Notes: generated by a model not told the origin, from the letters alone. A stretch of 64,000 nucleotides of DNA from a virus (IMGVR_UViG_3300001335_000566:7427-71426); one strand, 5' to 3'. Numbered from the stretch's first letter, positions 1 to 9,331 are shown. Numbers and translations: made by a program.

Positions 1-1
1 T

Positions 2-913
2 ATTTATGAAGATTTATTAAATAATAATCCTGAAAATTCTGAACATATAGCTAATTTATTACTTCATACCGGTTGGAGTACTTTTGATACATTTGTTGAA
101 ACAAGAAATGATAAAATTGTTATGATTGCTGGAGCAGCAAGTGAAGGTAAATCAAGATTTGTTGCTTCATGGATGTTTAGAATATTAAAAAAATATCCAA
201 ACCTTGTTTCTGTAAATTGGATTACTCTTGAAGATAGTGCAAAAGATGTTTCTTCTTTTTATTTTAGTCAATTAGCAATGATTTCAATTAAAGAATTAAA
301 ACGAAGAAAAATTAATGAAAATCAAAAATTATATTTACAAGGATTATTAGAAGAATATCGAAAATTTGATATTGAATTTGTAGAAATAAGCAATACTATT
401 GAATCTTTAACAAGAGGATTTGAAAAATTTTGTGTTAAAAGAGAAAAAAAATTCAATATAATGGTCATAGATAATATGTTGGCTGTACAAGGTTCAATTA
501 ATACCCGGGGAAATACAGAAGTATCATCTAATGATGCTATAATGAAAAAGATACTTAATACAAAACAAAAAACAAAAGGACTTATAATATGCATTCATCA
601 TTTTAAAGATGAACAAAGTCAAAATATATCTGCAAATTTAAAAACAGGTTTTAGACCCAATCTTACTTCAATGAAAGGTTCGGAAGCCTTTTATAGAATT
701 CCAGATCAAGTATTATTAATAAATGCACCACGAATGAAAAAACAACTTATTAATGATTACATTGGTCCACAAAGAGAAATTTTAAATAAACTTATGATTG
801 TAGATCCTGGAAAAATCAGAGATGATACAAATGTTGATGATACAACTCTAATGTATTTTTATGCACAATTAGATTATGCCGCCTTTTTTGAAATTCCAAA
901 AGTAATTAAATAA
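2..913 (+). CDS. dnaB: DnaB-like replicative helicase, 5'-truncated by the window edge
   Basis: Frame is open from base 2 (IYEDLL...HTGWSTFDTF...) into ORF 122..913. It has a TGWxxFD motif, Walker A AGAASEGKS, Walker B IMVIDN, HH motif and a GSEA..D motif as in DnaB/SF4 helicases. Confidence 0.8.
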   Translation: MYEDLLNNNPENSEHIANLLLHTGWSTFDTFVETRNDKIVMIAGAASEGKSRFVASWMFRILKKYPNLVSVNWITLEDSAKDVSSFYFSQLAMISIKELKRRKINENQKLYLQGLLEEYRKFDIEFVEISNTIESLTRGFEKFCVKREKKFNIMVIDNMLAVQGSINTRGNTEVSSNDAIMKKILNTKQKTKGLIICIHHFKDEQSQNISANLKTGFRPNLTSMKGSEAFYRIPDQVLLINAPRMKKQLINDYIGPQREILNKLMIVDPGKIRDDTNVDDTTLMYFYAQLDYAAFFEIPKVIK

Positions 914-938
914 TTATAAACATTTAAATTTTAAAGTT

Positions 939-1151
939 ATGACAAACAATGATTCATTCTCAAAAAAAGTTCTTGACCTTGCAGAAAGAATGTTTGAACA
1001 TTATTCTAAAACAGATCTTCAATTTGCAAAAGAAATTATTGATTTAAAAGAAGAATTTGAAAAATTAAAAAATTCAAATGATTCGTCAGAACCAAAGGTT
1101 TCAAATTCTGAACCTAAAAATGAAATTATTCCCGACAATTCACCTTTTTAA
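939..1151 (+). CDS. hypothetical protein (70 aa)
   Basis: ORF with AT-rich start context, in operon order. Confidence 0.6.
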   Translation: MTNNDSFSKKVLDLAERMFEHYSKTDLQFAKEIIDLKEEFEKLKNSNDSSEPKVSNSEPKNEIIPDNSPF

Positions 1152-1171
1152 AACATTAAATATATAAAACA

Positions 1172-2542
1172 ATGAAAAAAACTATTGAAATTCAAAAAAT
1201 TAAAGTTATTGACGACTTAAAAGTTAATTTAGAGGGTCAAGCATTTGCATTTATCGGTAAAAATGGAAGTGGTAAATCAACAGCAATACAATGTATTGAA
1301 ACAATTTTTGCAGCCAAATCACAAATAGTAAATCCTGTTAAAAAAGGTGAAAAATCAGGTTCTGTTACTTTTAATGGATCTGATAAAAATGGAAATCCTA
1401 TTATGATTTTATGGGAAGTTACTGAAGATGGAATAGGTCATTTTAAAGCAACAATAATAGAAAATAATAAAGCAAAAAACATTACAAATGTTACAAAAAT
1501 TCAAGAATTAATGGGTGTATATACACCTATAAATGTTCAAGAAGCTTTGTTTGCTATGAGGTATGCCGAAACTCGTAAAAAATTTATTAATGATTATATT
1601 TTACCTTGTATTGGACTTGATAATATTATCAGATTAAATGAAATTGATCTTTTAATTTCGGACTCTCGTAAAAAAGAATGTCAAAATAATTTATATCATA
1701 CAAGAACAGAATTAAAGAAAGAACATGAAAAAATTTTAGCACAATATGATGCTATTAATATTCCAGAAGATATTTCTTCTTTAAAAGAAGAAGATATTAT
1801 AAAATTAAAGAAATCTTTAGAAGAAAAAACACACAACTTTAATGAATTAAAAAATTCTTTATTTAATAATAATTTGTTTATAGATAAATTAAATCAAGAA
1901 TTAAAAACAATAGTAAATGTAGGAATTAAAATAAACGAATTTATAAAAAATTTCACAAAAGATAAAAATGATGAATTAGTTTTTATTAAACAAGATTTGT
2001 TAAATGTATATAATAAATTAAATAAATATTATGAAACAAAACAAAATGATGCAATGTATACATCAAAAACATTTTATGATTTAGAAAAAGAAATATCTGA
2101 ACTTAAAACTCAATATGATAAAATAATAATGTATTCTCAAATGGTTGAACAAAAAAAGGAACTTAAAATTAAAAGTGAAAAACTATTTGAAAATATTGTT
2201 TCAAAAAATAATGAAATGGAAAAATTAAAAAAAGAAAGACAAACTATTTTATCTTCAAATAAACTTCCTGCAGGTTTAGAATTAAATGATAATGAAAATT
2301 TAACTTTTGATGGATTTCCATTTCATGAAACATCAGTATCTGAAACAAAAGCTAACATTGCAATGTTGAAATTAATGACAGCAGTTAGTAATTCTGAATT
2401 ATTAAATATTGGAGATTGGAGCAAATATGATTCTGAGTCTAAAAAAGAAATAATTGAATTTGCTAAAAAGGAAAATCGTATCTTAATTGGTCAACAAGTT
2501 ACAGAAAATGAAAATGTAGAATTATCCGTAATAATTAAATAA
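1172..2542 (+). CDS. SMC/Rad50-like (AAA_23-type) ATPase with central coiled coil
   Basis: N-terminal Walker A GKNGSGKS, long coiled-coil middle, degenerate C-terminal signature/Walker B (SVSETK...LLNIGDWSKYD). Confidence 0.75.
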   Translation: MKKTIEIQKIKVIDDLKVNLEGQAFAFIGKNGSGKSTAIQCIETIFAAKSQIVNPVKKGEKSGSVTFNGSDKNGNPIMILWEVTEDGIGHFKATIIENNKAKNITNVTKIQELMGVYTPINVQEALFAMRYAETRKKFINDYILPCIGLDNIIRLNEIDLLISDSRKKECQNNLYHTRTELKKEHEKILAQYDAINIPEDISSLKEEDIIKLKKSLEEKTHNFNELKNSLFNNNLFIDKLNQELKTIVNVGIKINEFIKNFTKDKNDELVFIKQDLLNVYNKLNKYYETKQNDAMYTSKTFYDLEKEISELKTQYDKIIMYSQMVEQKKELKIKSEKLFENIVSKNNEMEKLKKERQTILSSNKLPAGLELNDNENLTFDGFPFHETSVSETKANIAMLKLMTAVSNSELLNIGDWSKYDSESKKEIIEFAKKENRILIGQQVTENENVELSVIIK

Positions 2543-2544
2543 AT

Positions 2545-2685
2545 ATGAAAACAAATTTAATAACATGCCCTAAATGTGGTAAATATTATACATTTAGTCC
2601 TCAAATTAAACACATAAAAATTTATGGCCATTGTATTAATTGTAAATCTTTAAAAAAAGAAAATTATGAAAACAAAAAAAATTAA
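2545..2685 (+). CDS. small zinc-ribbon protein (46 aa, not in ORF track)
   Basis: Hand translation MKTNLITCPKCGKYYTFSPQIKHIKIYGHCINCKSLKKENYENKKN; two CxxC pairs; fills the intergenic gap. Confidence 0.65.
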   Translation: MKTNLITCPKCGKYYTFSPQIKHIKIYGHCINCKSLKKENYENKKN

Positions 2686-3463
2686 AAATTTATTAGAAAA
2701 CATTATCAATAAATTTATTGAAAATGCTTTTAATTCATCAAATAAAAAATTAGATGATGAAATGAAAAAAATATTCATTAAACATAGTTTTATTACTGGT
2801 GGATGTATACCATCATTAATAATGGATGATTATGTTAATGATATTGATATTTATATAAATGAACCATCTTTGGCATATGAAATTACTAATTACTTCATTA
2901 AAATTGCAGAAGAAAAAAATATCAAAAAAATAATAGAAGGAGAATATTGTACTTATCATTATGAAGATGAAAATAAATATTTAGTTAATTTTAAATCTCC
3001 AAATTCTATTAATTTTAATGGAAATCCTAAAATTCAAATTATTTCAAAGTATGCTGGTCTTCCAGAAGAAATTATAGATAAGTTTGATTTTTTACACATA
3101 AAATCATATTATGTTATTTATACAAAAGAACTTCATTTTGTAAAAAATGTACATGAAACTTTGTTTAATAAAGAAATAATTTATACTGGTAGTGATTATC
3201 CATTAAGTTCTATGATTAGAGTTAATAAGTTAATTAAAAAAGGGTGGTCTATAGAACCATATTATAATTTACTTATTGCATTAGATTTACAAAAATATGA
3301 TTTAACAAATAAAAATGTAATAATTAATCAATTAACTGGTATTGATCCTTTATATATTAACAGTAAATTAAATGCTTTAATAAATGACAAATTAAATATT
3401 AATGAGAGAATAAATGATATTATTGATGTATTTAAAGAAAATGAAACACAGTTTTACTTTTAA
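2666..3463 (+). CDS. Pol-beta-superfamily nucleotidyltransferase (tRNA nucleotidyltransferase/poly(A) polymerase-like head)
   Basis: ITGGCIPSL...NDIDIY (GG...DxD motif) and a downstream FDF motif. Confidence 0.7.
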   Translation: MKTKKIKNLLENIINKFIENAFNSSNKKLDDEMKKIFIKHSFITGGCIPSLIMDDYVNDIDIYINEPSLAYEITNYFIKIAEEKNIKKIIEGEYCTYHYEDENKYLVNFKSPNSINFNGNPKIQIISKYAGLPEEIIDKFDFLHIKSYYVIYTKELHFVKNVHETLFNKEIIYTGSDYPLSSMIRVNKLIKKGWSIEPYYNLLIALDLQKYDLTNKNVIINQLTGIDPLYINSKLNALINDKLNINERINDIIDVFKENETQFYF

Positions 3464-3474
3464 AAATTAAAATT

Positions 3475-4017
3475 ATGGAAATAAAAATTTTAGAAATCAA
3501 AAAAGATAAAGTAATAAAAGATTATCGTCTTTATTATTTTTATGATGAAGCTGGTAAACAATATGAATATTGGTTAAAGGATACATATAATTTACAATAT
3601 AAAGTAAATGATATTATTGTTTTTGATCCAGTTGAAAAAACAGATAAAGATGGTAATATTATTATAAAAATAAAAGGACCCAAAAAGAAAGGAGAATATA
3701 CAAGATCATATAATGACCCTGAAGCTGTAAAATTAAATGCTAAAACAATGTCACTTGGTTTAATCATTAAATTATTTAAATCTTTAAAAATTCAACCTGA
3801 AACCGAAAATCAAATTTTTAAAGGATCTGATATAATTTATGCATGGTTAATTAAAGATGAACTAACAAGAGATACAATTTTAAATCGATATCATATTCTT
3901 GATGAATATATGAATTGTCTTGAATTTGATTGTTTTAAGGATGTTAAAACACTTGAAATATTATTTGAAAAATCAGACAAAATTCTTTTTGATATTAGTA
4001 AATCTATTTTAGAATGA
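3475..4017 (+). CDS. hypothetical protein, possibly OB-fold ssDNA-binding N-terminus
   Basis: Beta-rich N-terminal 70 aa followed by a basic linker; lies between ATPase and nuclease genes. Confidence 0.35.
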   Translation: MEIKILEIKKDKVIKDYRLYYFYDEAGKQYEYWLKDTYNLQYKVNDIIVFDPVEKTDKDGNIIIKIKGPKKKGEYTRSYNDPEAVKLNAKTMSLGLIIKLFKSLKIQPETENQIFKGSDIIYAWLIKDELTRDTILNRYHILDEYMNCLEFDCFKDVKTLEILFEKSDKILFDISKSILE

Positions 4018-4961
4018 ACTATACAGCAACATTTATAAAAAATATTCAAAAAGCAATACAACCAACACAAGGTATAAAGATAGAACAACAAAGAAGACCT
4101 CCTAAAATTTATTTTGACGAGAAAAATCATATTAAAACAATTATTGTTTCTCAAACTTTGCTAAAAGCACATTCTTTTAAAGGTGAGAAAAATGATCTTT
4201 GTTGGAAACGTTTTTATCATGAAGATTTAATTCATTCTCATCAAAAGAAAATAACATTACCTATGTTATATGGATTGTATTTTGAACAGCAATGTATTGG
4301 TAGGTCTCGTTATGATGATAAAACTGAATTACCAAGAAAACAAAATGGGCAAAAAACTATTGATCACATAAGAATTGATGAACAAGTTTTTTTATTTAAA
4401 TCTAAAATAAATGAATATGGAATTCTTCTTGATCCTATTGATGGTGGTTATCGAAATGTACAGGTACAAGCCAGAAGAAAATTAAAGTTAGCAGGATTTG
4501 AAGGAATAGACATATTTTTAGAGGGTGTTGCAGATATTGTAACACCATTAGAATATGAAAACTATAATTGGCCAATGGCTATCTGTGATATAAAACTTAC
4601 AAAAGATAGATTTGGTGGTTGGGGAAGAAATTCTTGGGAATATCCTGATAATAGAGATCATATTCAAGCAATAGTTTATAGTAAATTATTTAATTTACCC
4701 TTTTTTTATTGGGTTTTTGATTATAAATCAACAGATCGTGGAGAAGTAATATATCCGGTAAATACTAATGTCGAACATTCAGATTTCAGAAAAGCAAATG
4801 AAGCAAAATTACGTATTATAGAAATGAATGAAAGAATTAGGTCATATTGTGCTGATATAATAACAAACAATAATATATGGCCTGTAAATCCAAGATATGA
4901 AATTTGTAAAATGTGTTCAGTCTTGGAATGTAAAAGTAGAAATACAATTAAAGAAATATAA
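4014..4961 (+). CDS. Cas4/AddB-like PD-(D/E)XK exonuclease with Fe-S cysteines
   Basis: N-terminal C (DLCWKRFY), GVADIV...CDIKLT, HIQAIVY, C-terminal CKMCSVLEC. Confidence 0.8.
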   Translation: MNYTATFIKNIQKAIQPTQGIKIEQQRRPPKIYFDEKNHIKTIIVSQTLLKAHSFKGEKNDLCWKRFYHEDLIHSHQKKITLPMLYGLYFEQQCIGRSRYDDKTELPRKQNGQKTIDHIRIDEQVFLFKSKINEYGILLDPIDGGYRNVQVQARRKLKLAGFEGIDIFLEGVADIVTPLEYENYNWPMAICDIKLTKDRFGGWGRNSWEYPDNRDHIQAIVYSKLFNLPFFYWVFDYKSTDRGEVIYPVNTNVEHSDFRKANEAKLRIIEMNERIRSYCADIITNNNIWPVNPRYEICKMCSVLECKSRNTIKEI

Positions 4962-4984
4962 TTATTAATTTAAAACCTAAAAAA

Positions 4985-5842
4985 ATGAACTCTATTTTAT
5001 TTGAAGACAAAAAACCTGTAAAAGTAATTTCTTTAGAACAATTAAAAGAAACAACAGTTTTAAGTGAGTTTGATGGTAAATTACCAAAATCAAGACCAAT
5101 TGAACATTTTGAATTTATTGAAAAATTAACAAATATGTTAGAAACAAAAAAACATCCATTTACTGTTTCTGATATTATTGTTGCAAAAAGTGAATCTAAT
5201 AAAATTAAAGCATTAGATCCTAAATCTGTAGGAAATCCTAAAAGTTGGGTTTTTAGAAGATTAATAGCAAAAATTATTCTTAATGGTCAAACAGTATCAA
5301 ATAAAGAATCAAATTCTGCTATTGCAATAAGTTATGATACACCTGGTATTTGTGTTGCATTTGGTCAAAATGTTAATATTTGTAATAACATGTCCATCTT
5401 TGGAAATAAATACATGACAACCATTGGTAAATCTTCAACTGTTTTTGATAAAATGCTTGAAGTGTTAGAAAAATGGATTAGTGAATTAGAACAAATCAGA
5501 GAACATGATTTACATATTTTTAATCAATTAAAAAATTATAAAATTGATTTACGAATGGGTATTTCATTAATATTGGGAGAAATGTTAAAAATAGCTGCAA
5601 AACAATATTATGGTGGTGAACCATTTGTAACTATTAATGATGTTACTGGTATTGCTCAAGAATTCGTAAAAACATATAATGATGAAGATAAAATGATTAC
5701 TGGATGGGAACTTTATAATATTGGTACAAATATTTTATCACATTCTGAAACAAATATCAGTAATAAATTAGAACGTATTTACAAATTTGGTGATTTTTTC
5801 GTTAACAATGTTTTAAAAACAACTAAACAATTAACAAATTAA
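4985..5842 (+). CDS. DUF932-like protein
   Basis: PIEHFEFIE and ISYD...GQNVNICNNMSIF motifs resemble DUF932, which is common in crAss-like replication modules. Confidence 0.6.
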   Translation: MNSILFEDKKPVKVISLEQLKETTVLSEFDGKLPKSRPIEHFEFIEKLTNMLETKKHPFTVSDIIVAKSESNKIKALDPKSVGNPKSWVFRRLIAKIILNGQTVSNKESNSAIAISYDTPGICVAFGQNVNICNNMSIFGNKYMTTIGKSSTVFDKMLEVLEKWISELEQIREHDLHIFNQLKNYKIDLRMGISLILGEMLKIAAKQYYGGEPFVTINDVTGIAQEFVKTYNDEDKMITGWELYNIGTNILSHSETNISNKLERIYKFGDFFVNNVLKTTKQLTN

Positions 5843-5856
5843 AATTGATGAAATTG

Positions 5857-5902
5857 ATCCAGGAGAGGATTTACAATTAAGTGATCTTCTCCTGGATTTT
5901 TC
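5857..5902 (+). terminator. intrinsic terminator
   Basis: ATCCAGGAGAGGAT-13 nt loop-ATCTTCTCCTGGAT followed by a T-run, just after the DUF932 stop. Confidence 0.8.
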
Positions 5903-5941
5903 AATAAATAAAGATTTTCATGATGAACAAAATATTCCAAC

Positions 5942-6571
5942 ATGGCCAAGCGATTTAACAAATCTTGTAGTCTAAAAGTTCCTTTTTGTATTAATTCAAA
6001 AAATAATATTTTATTTGAATTATATAATACTGATCTATTGATTGATAATCCTATAAATAAAAAAATTATTAATCAAGAAATTCTTAATAAACATTGTGAA
6101 GGAGATTATGATGAAAATATACTTACAACAAATTATAGTATAATAAATTTAAATGTATCTGATTTCTTAATAATCAAAAAAAGATATCCAAAATATTACA
6201 AAATTCTTTATCCATGTTTAGTTTATATAAATTCAATTTTTCATCCTTTAGATTATGATATATTAGAAGAATGGTTTTCTATGGAAGATCATGAATTTGA
6301 TGAAATTCAAAAAGATGAAATAAATATAATTTTTAATAAAAATTCAAAATATCAAAAATTTATTAAAGAATTTAATAATAATGAAATAAAAATAATTGAT
6401 CTATTATCAGTTAAAAATGAAAATATTTATTTGTTAATTTTTTTCTTACAAAGAAATATAGCAATAATGTATGAATTATATTACCATAAACAAATAACTA
6501 AAAATGATTTTAATAATTATATAGGAAGGAGATTTTATGACATATCGAGTAATACATCCAATAAGATTTAA
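5942..6571 (+). CDS. hypothetical protein (209 aa)
   Basis: ORF track; codon usage like neighbours. Confidence 0.6.
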   Translation: MAKRFNKSCSLKVPFCINSKNNILFELYNTDLLIDNPINKKIINQEILNKHCEGDYDENILTTNYSIINLNVSDFLIIKKRYPKYYKILYPCLVYINSIFHPLDYDILEEWFSMEDHEFDEIQKDEINIIFNKNSKYQKFIKEFNNNEIKIIDLLSVKNENIYLLIFFLQRNIAIMYELYYHKQITKNDFNNYIGRRFYDISSNTSNKI

Positions 6572-6731
6572 AGAAAATAAAACTGTTATTTTTACAAATG
6601 AAATAATAGAAGTAGAAATAACAAACAAAACATTATTTTCAGAACCAATATATTTTTTAAAACATAAAGATTTTTCATTTAATGTTACAAAAGATATTTT
6701 TAATTTTTTAAAACCATATTATGAAAATTAA
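6537..6731 (+). CDS. hypothetical protein (64 aa)
   Basis: ORF in a chain of overlapping small early genes. Confidence 0.5.
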   Translation: MTYRVIHPIRFKENKTVIFTNEIIEVEITNKTLFSEPIYFLKHKDFSFNVTKDIFNFLKPYYEN

Positions 6732-6954
6732 AGTTAAAGTAACTCAAATAATAGAAAAGAGTGTTATTAAAATATTTGATGTGGATACAGATTCCTTTCG
6801 TATGAGTGATGATCCATCTACTAATAATGCTATCCTTACAAAACAGATAAAAAACTGTCCAGAGGTCTTAAATGGCCAAATATTCAAATCAAAAAATGCT
6901 ATTATTATTAATAAATTATTAATTGAAATTTTAAACAATGAAAATACAATTTAA
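6721..6954 (+). CDS. hypothetical protein (77 aa)
   Basis: ORF in a chain of overlapping small early genes. Confidence 0.55.
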   Translation: MKIKVKVTQIIEKSVIKIFDVDTDSFRMSDDPSTNNAILTKQIKNCPEVLNGQIFKSKNAIIINKLLIEILNNENTI

Positions 6955-7165
6955 ATATACAAATGTTCATCAATGGTCAGATATTAATATTCTTAAAAAT
7001 TTATTAATTGAAGAAAAAATTAATATAGATGAAATCATTTATAATCAAGAAGAAGCAGTTATTACAATTTATCTTGATAATATAAATGATTTAATTAATA
7101 AATTAAAAAATAATCCAGAATACCAAATTATTAAAAATAAAATTAAAATAATTATTATATTGTAA
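6938..7165 (+). CDS. hypothetical protein (75 aa)
   Basis: ORF in a chain of overlapping small early genes. Confidence 0.55.
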   Translation: MKIQFKYTNVHQWSDINILKNLLIEEKINIDEIIYNQEEAVITIYLDNINDLINKLKNNPEYQIIKNKIKIIIIL

Positions 7166-7168
7166 CAA

Positions 7169-7300
7169 ATGAATGAACCTATTGATGTACGAAATTATGA
7201 TGATTGTTCTACTTCCCCATATTATATTCCAGAAGATGAAATTTGTTCTGAATGTGGAAGAAAAATAAATCACGAAAAATTTTGTAGTAAAAACAAATAA
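7169..7300 (+). CDS. small Cys-containing protein (43 aa, not in ORF track)
   Basis: Hand translation MNEPIDVRNYDDCSTSPYYIPEDEICSECGRKINHEKFCSKNK; its stop abuts the next ATG at 7301. Confidence 0.55.
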   Translation: MNEPIDVRNYDDCSTSPYYIPEDEICSECGRKINHEKFCSKNK

Positions 7301-7642
7301 ATGTCACGAAAAAACATTAACCAAAAACATACTCGAATTTATTTTGATTATTTTGATCTTCCAAGTGATCAAACAACATTTATAGTATGTGAACTTTGTG
7401 GTGCAAAAGCAAACGATATACATCATATCAATGCAAGAGGAATGGGAGGAACTCAATACAATTACACTATTCAAGAATTAATGGCATTATGTTCAAAACA
7501 TCATTTAGAATATGGAGATATAAAAAAATTTAAATCATTTTTAAATTTAATGCATTTAAATTTCCTTAAAATATATAATATGAAAATTCAAGACTATGAA
7601 CATGAATTTATTCCTAATTATAAATTTCCAATAAAAAATTAA
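7301..7642 (+). CDS. HNH endonuclease family protein
   Basis: CELCG...DIHHI...LMALCSKHH zinc-bound HNH pattern. Confidence 0.8.
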   Translation: MSRKNINQKHTRIYFDYFDLPSDQTTFIVCELCGAKANDIHHINARGMGGTQYNYTIQELMALCSKHHLEYGDIKKFKSFLNLMHLNFLKIYNMKIQDYEHEFIPNYKFPIKN

Positions 7643-7645
7643 ATT

Positions 7646-7969
7646 ATGAAAGCACAACCAACAAAAATCAATGATCTCACTAATGGAGACTTAGAAAAAG
7701 CAATCAAATTATCAAGAAAATTAAAAAATCAATCTTTAATTAAATGTTTACAAAGATTAAAAAAAATTAATCATTTACACAATTACGAACATTTTATTTA
7801 TTCTGATTTTGCCCCTTATTCTTTTTATTTTATTAGAAAACTTAATAATAAATATATTATGAATGGTGGTATTATTTTTCATGGCTCTCATGATAATTTT
7901 GGCTCTGGATCTACACCAACTTTTTCAGTTACTTTAGAAAAAACAAAAGGATGGAAAATTCACACTTAA
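7646..7969 (+). CDS. DUF4120-like protein
   Basis: DFAPYSFYF...NGGIIFHG...PTFSVTL...GWKIHT matches my recollection of the Bacteroidota DUF4120 pattern. Confidence 0.55.
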   Translation: MKAQPTKINDLTNGDLEKAIKLSRKLKNQSLIKCLQRLKKINHLHNYEHFIYSDFAPYSFYFIRKLNNKYIMNGGIIFHGSHDNFGSGSTPTFSVTLEKTKGWKIHT

Positions 7970-8115
7970 ATAATGCTAAATTTATTAAAAAAGGAAATTT
8001 TTGGATATTAAATGTAGATGGTTATGAAATAGTATTTAAAGGAAATCTTAATAAAGAATATTTAGAAAATTTATATTCTAATTTAAATTATGAAATTATT
8101 AATGTTGAATCTTAA
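7951..8115 (+). CDS. hypothetical protein (54 aa, not in ORF track)
   Basis: Hand translation MENSHLNNAKFIKKGNFWILNVDGYEIVFKGNLNKEYLENLYSNLNYEIINVES fills the gap. Confidence 0.55.
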   Translation: MENSHLNNAKFIKKGNFWILNVDGYEIVFKGNLNKEYLENLYSNLNYEIINVES

Positions 8116-8126
8116 ATTTGTAAAAA

Positions 8127-8372
8127 ATGACAAAAAAAAAATTTATTTCTAAAACTGAAGAAAATTTTTTACTTGAACTTAACTTTGTTAAAACAGAATA
8201 TATTCATTATGAATTAAAAATTAAACATTTAAATATTACTTTAATTGTTACATCAGATAAGAATTTAATGATTTATCAATATCATAAATTTGATCCACAA
8301 ATAGTAAAAATTGGAAAATTTTCAATGGATAAAATAATTAATTTAATAAAAATATTAAATAAAAAACCATGA
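8127..8372 (+). CDS. hypothetical protein (81 aa)
   Basis: ORF track. Confidence 0.55.
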   Translation: MTKKKFISKTEENFLLELNFVKTEYIHYELKIKHLNITLIVTSDKNLMIYQYHKFDPQIVKIGKFSMDKIINLIKILNKKP

Positions 8373-8560
8373 AAAAAGAAAAAATATACCGTTTAATGAA
8401 TCACGATTCGCTTAACTGCGAACCAGCAAAATTCGAGGCATTCACGCTTGAGGAGTATTCCAATCAATTCGGGGTGCATTATCCTTCAATCAGCGATGCC
8501 GTTGATGCCGATTCTGAATACCTGTTTACTGAAGAGCAAATGAATGAGTTTGTCGATTAA
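8369..8560 (+). CDS. hypothetical protein (63 aa), first gene of the higher-GC island
   Basis: ORF track; GC rises from ~18% (line 8281) to ~47% (line 8401). Confidence 0.6.
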   Translation: MKKEKIYRLMNHDSLNCEPAKFEAFTLEEYSNQFGVHYPSISDAVDADSEYLFTEEQMNEFVD

Positions 8561-8568
8561 CCAGGTTT

Positions 8569-8604
8569 AAAACGCCGTCACTAAACTATTAAAAAAACAC
8601 AGCC
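8569..8604 (+). promoter_or_regulatory. repeated upstream motif copy 1 (AAAACGCCGT...TAAACTA...AAAAA..CC-ATG)
   Basis: Same motif about 27-31 nt before the ATGs at 8605, 8941 and 9715. Confidence 0.6.
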
Positions 8605-8841
8605 ATGAAAAAAAAACAGATTATTATGATTAAGTTATATAAGATTGATGAATTAGACAATGGCACAGAAAGGTTTTGTACTCAATTGCAAGTAGGGATG
8701 GGTATCGCTTCGTTTATCCGTGAAAAGGATGGTGACATGAAATTTTACAACAACGGTGAAAAGGGTTTTGGATTTTACAAATATGACAAGCCGTTTGAAA
8801 TAGTTAAAAACCTTACTGAAATGAAAATGCAGCCACTTTAA
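8605..8841 (+). CDS. hypothetical protein (78 aa)
   Basis: ORF track; preceded by the repeated motif. Confidence 0.6.
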   Translation: MKKKQIIMIKLYKIDELDNGTERFCTQLQVGMGIASFIREKDGDMKFYNNGEKGFGFYKYDKPFEIVKNLTEMKMQPL

Positions 8842-8867
8842 ACAGTTACCAAACCACTTCTATCAAC

Positions 8868-8895
8868 AGCCTTGCTTAACCGCAGGACTTTTTTT
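8868..8895 (+). terminator. probable intrinsic terminator
   Basis: AGCCTTGC-TTAACC-GCAGGACT stem (one GU pair, one mismatch) followed by a run of 7 T. Confidence 0.55.
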
Positions 8896-8900
8896 ATATC

Positions 8901-8940
8901 AAAACGCCGTATCAAATTACTAACCTTAAAAACCAAAACC
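8901..8940 (+). promoter_or_regulatory. repeated upstream motif copy 2
   Basis: AAAACGCCGTATCAAATTACTAACCTTAAAAACCAAAACC-ATG. Confidence 0.6.
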
Positions 8941-9204
8941 ATGAAAACAATACCTGAAATAAAAAAAGAAAGCGAAGCAAAGAGAAGCGCATTAATAAAC
9001 CAGTATGGGGTTTTTTTCGCATGGCTTTCATTTCCTGAAACTAAACCTAAGCAATATTCTTGGGTATTAGTAACCGTAAAAAGTCCAATTGACAAATGGG
9101 TTGAAATGGCAGGCTTTGACGGTGATAAATTCCAATTGCCTGGCAGGGGCGATACAACATTTGTAACTCACTGGATGCCTATTCCAGAACCAGCTTGTTG
9201 CTAA
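8941..9204 (+). CDS. DUF551-like protein, probably with an unrelated N-terminus (start 8941 rather than 8872)
   Basis: WLSFPETKP...THWMPIPEP is the DUF551 pattern; the motif and terminator upstream support the ATG at 8941. Confidence 0.65.
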   Translation: MKTIPEIKKESEAKRSALINQYGVFFAWLSFPETKPKQYSWVLVTVKSPIDKWVEMAGFDGDKFQLPGRGDTTFVTHWMPIPEPACC

Positions 9205-9331
9205 CGTATGGTGGTATGGTTAGTTGGGGATAAAACCGCACGAACCTATCAAATTAGTATAAACTTAATAAATTGATACAATGATGAATAACGAACAGAA
9301 ACCCCAATTAACTATACCACGGGTTACCAAC
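9197..9331 (+). mobile_element. attC-like (integron cassette-type) imperfect palindrome
   Basis: TGCTAAC (R''-like, overlaps the stop of the upstream gene), arm GTGGTATGGTTAGTTGGGG, inner hairpin, arm CCCCAATTAACTATACCAC, GTTACCA (R'-like); about 131 bp. Confidence 0.65.

Noticed and set aside
4014-4961. Cas4-like nuclease as part of a CRISPR-Cas system
   Set aside because: No repeat-spacer array or other cas genes in the window; solo Cas4-like nucleases are common in phage recombination modules
5857-5902. Long hairpin as a possible ncRNA or attC site
   Set aside because: Followed directly by a U-tract after an operon end and lacks TAAC/GTTA cores; best explained as an intrinsic terminator
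8872-8940. Longer start for the DUF551-like ORF (MLNRRTFF...)
   Set aside because: The extension runs through a terminator hairpin and the repeated leader motif; the ATG at 8941 fits the shared spacing
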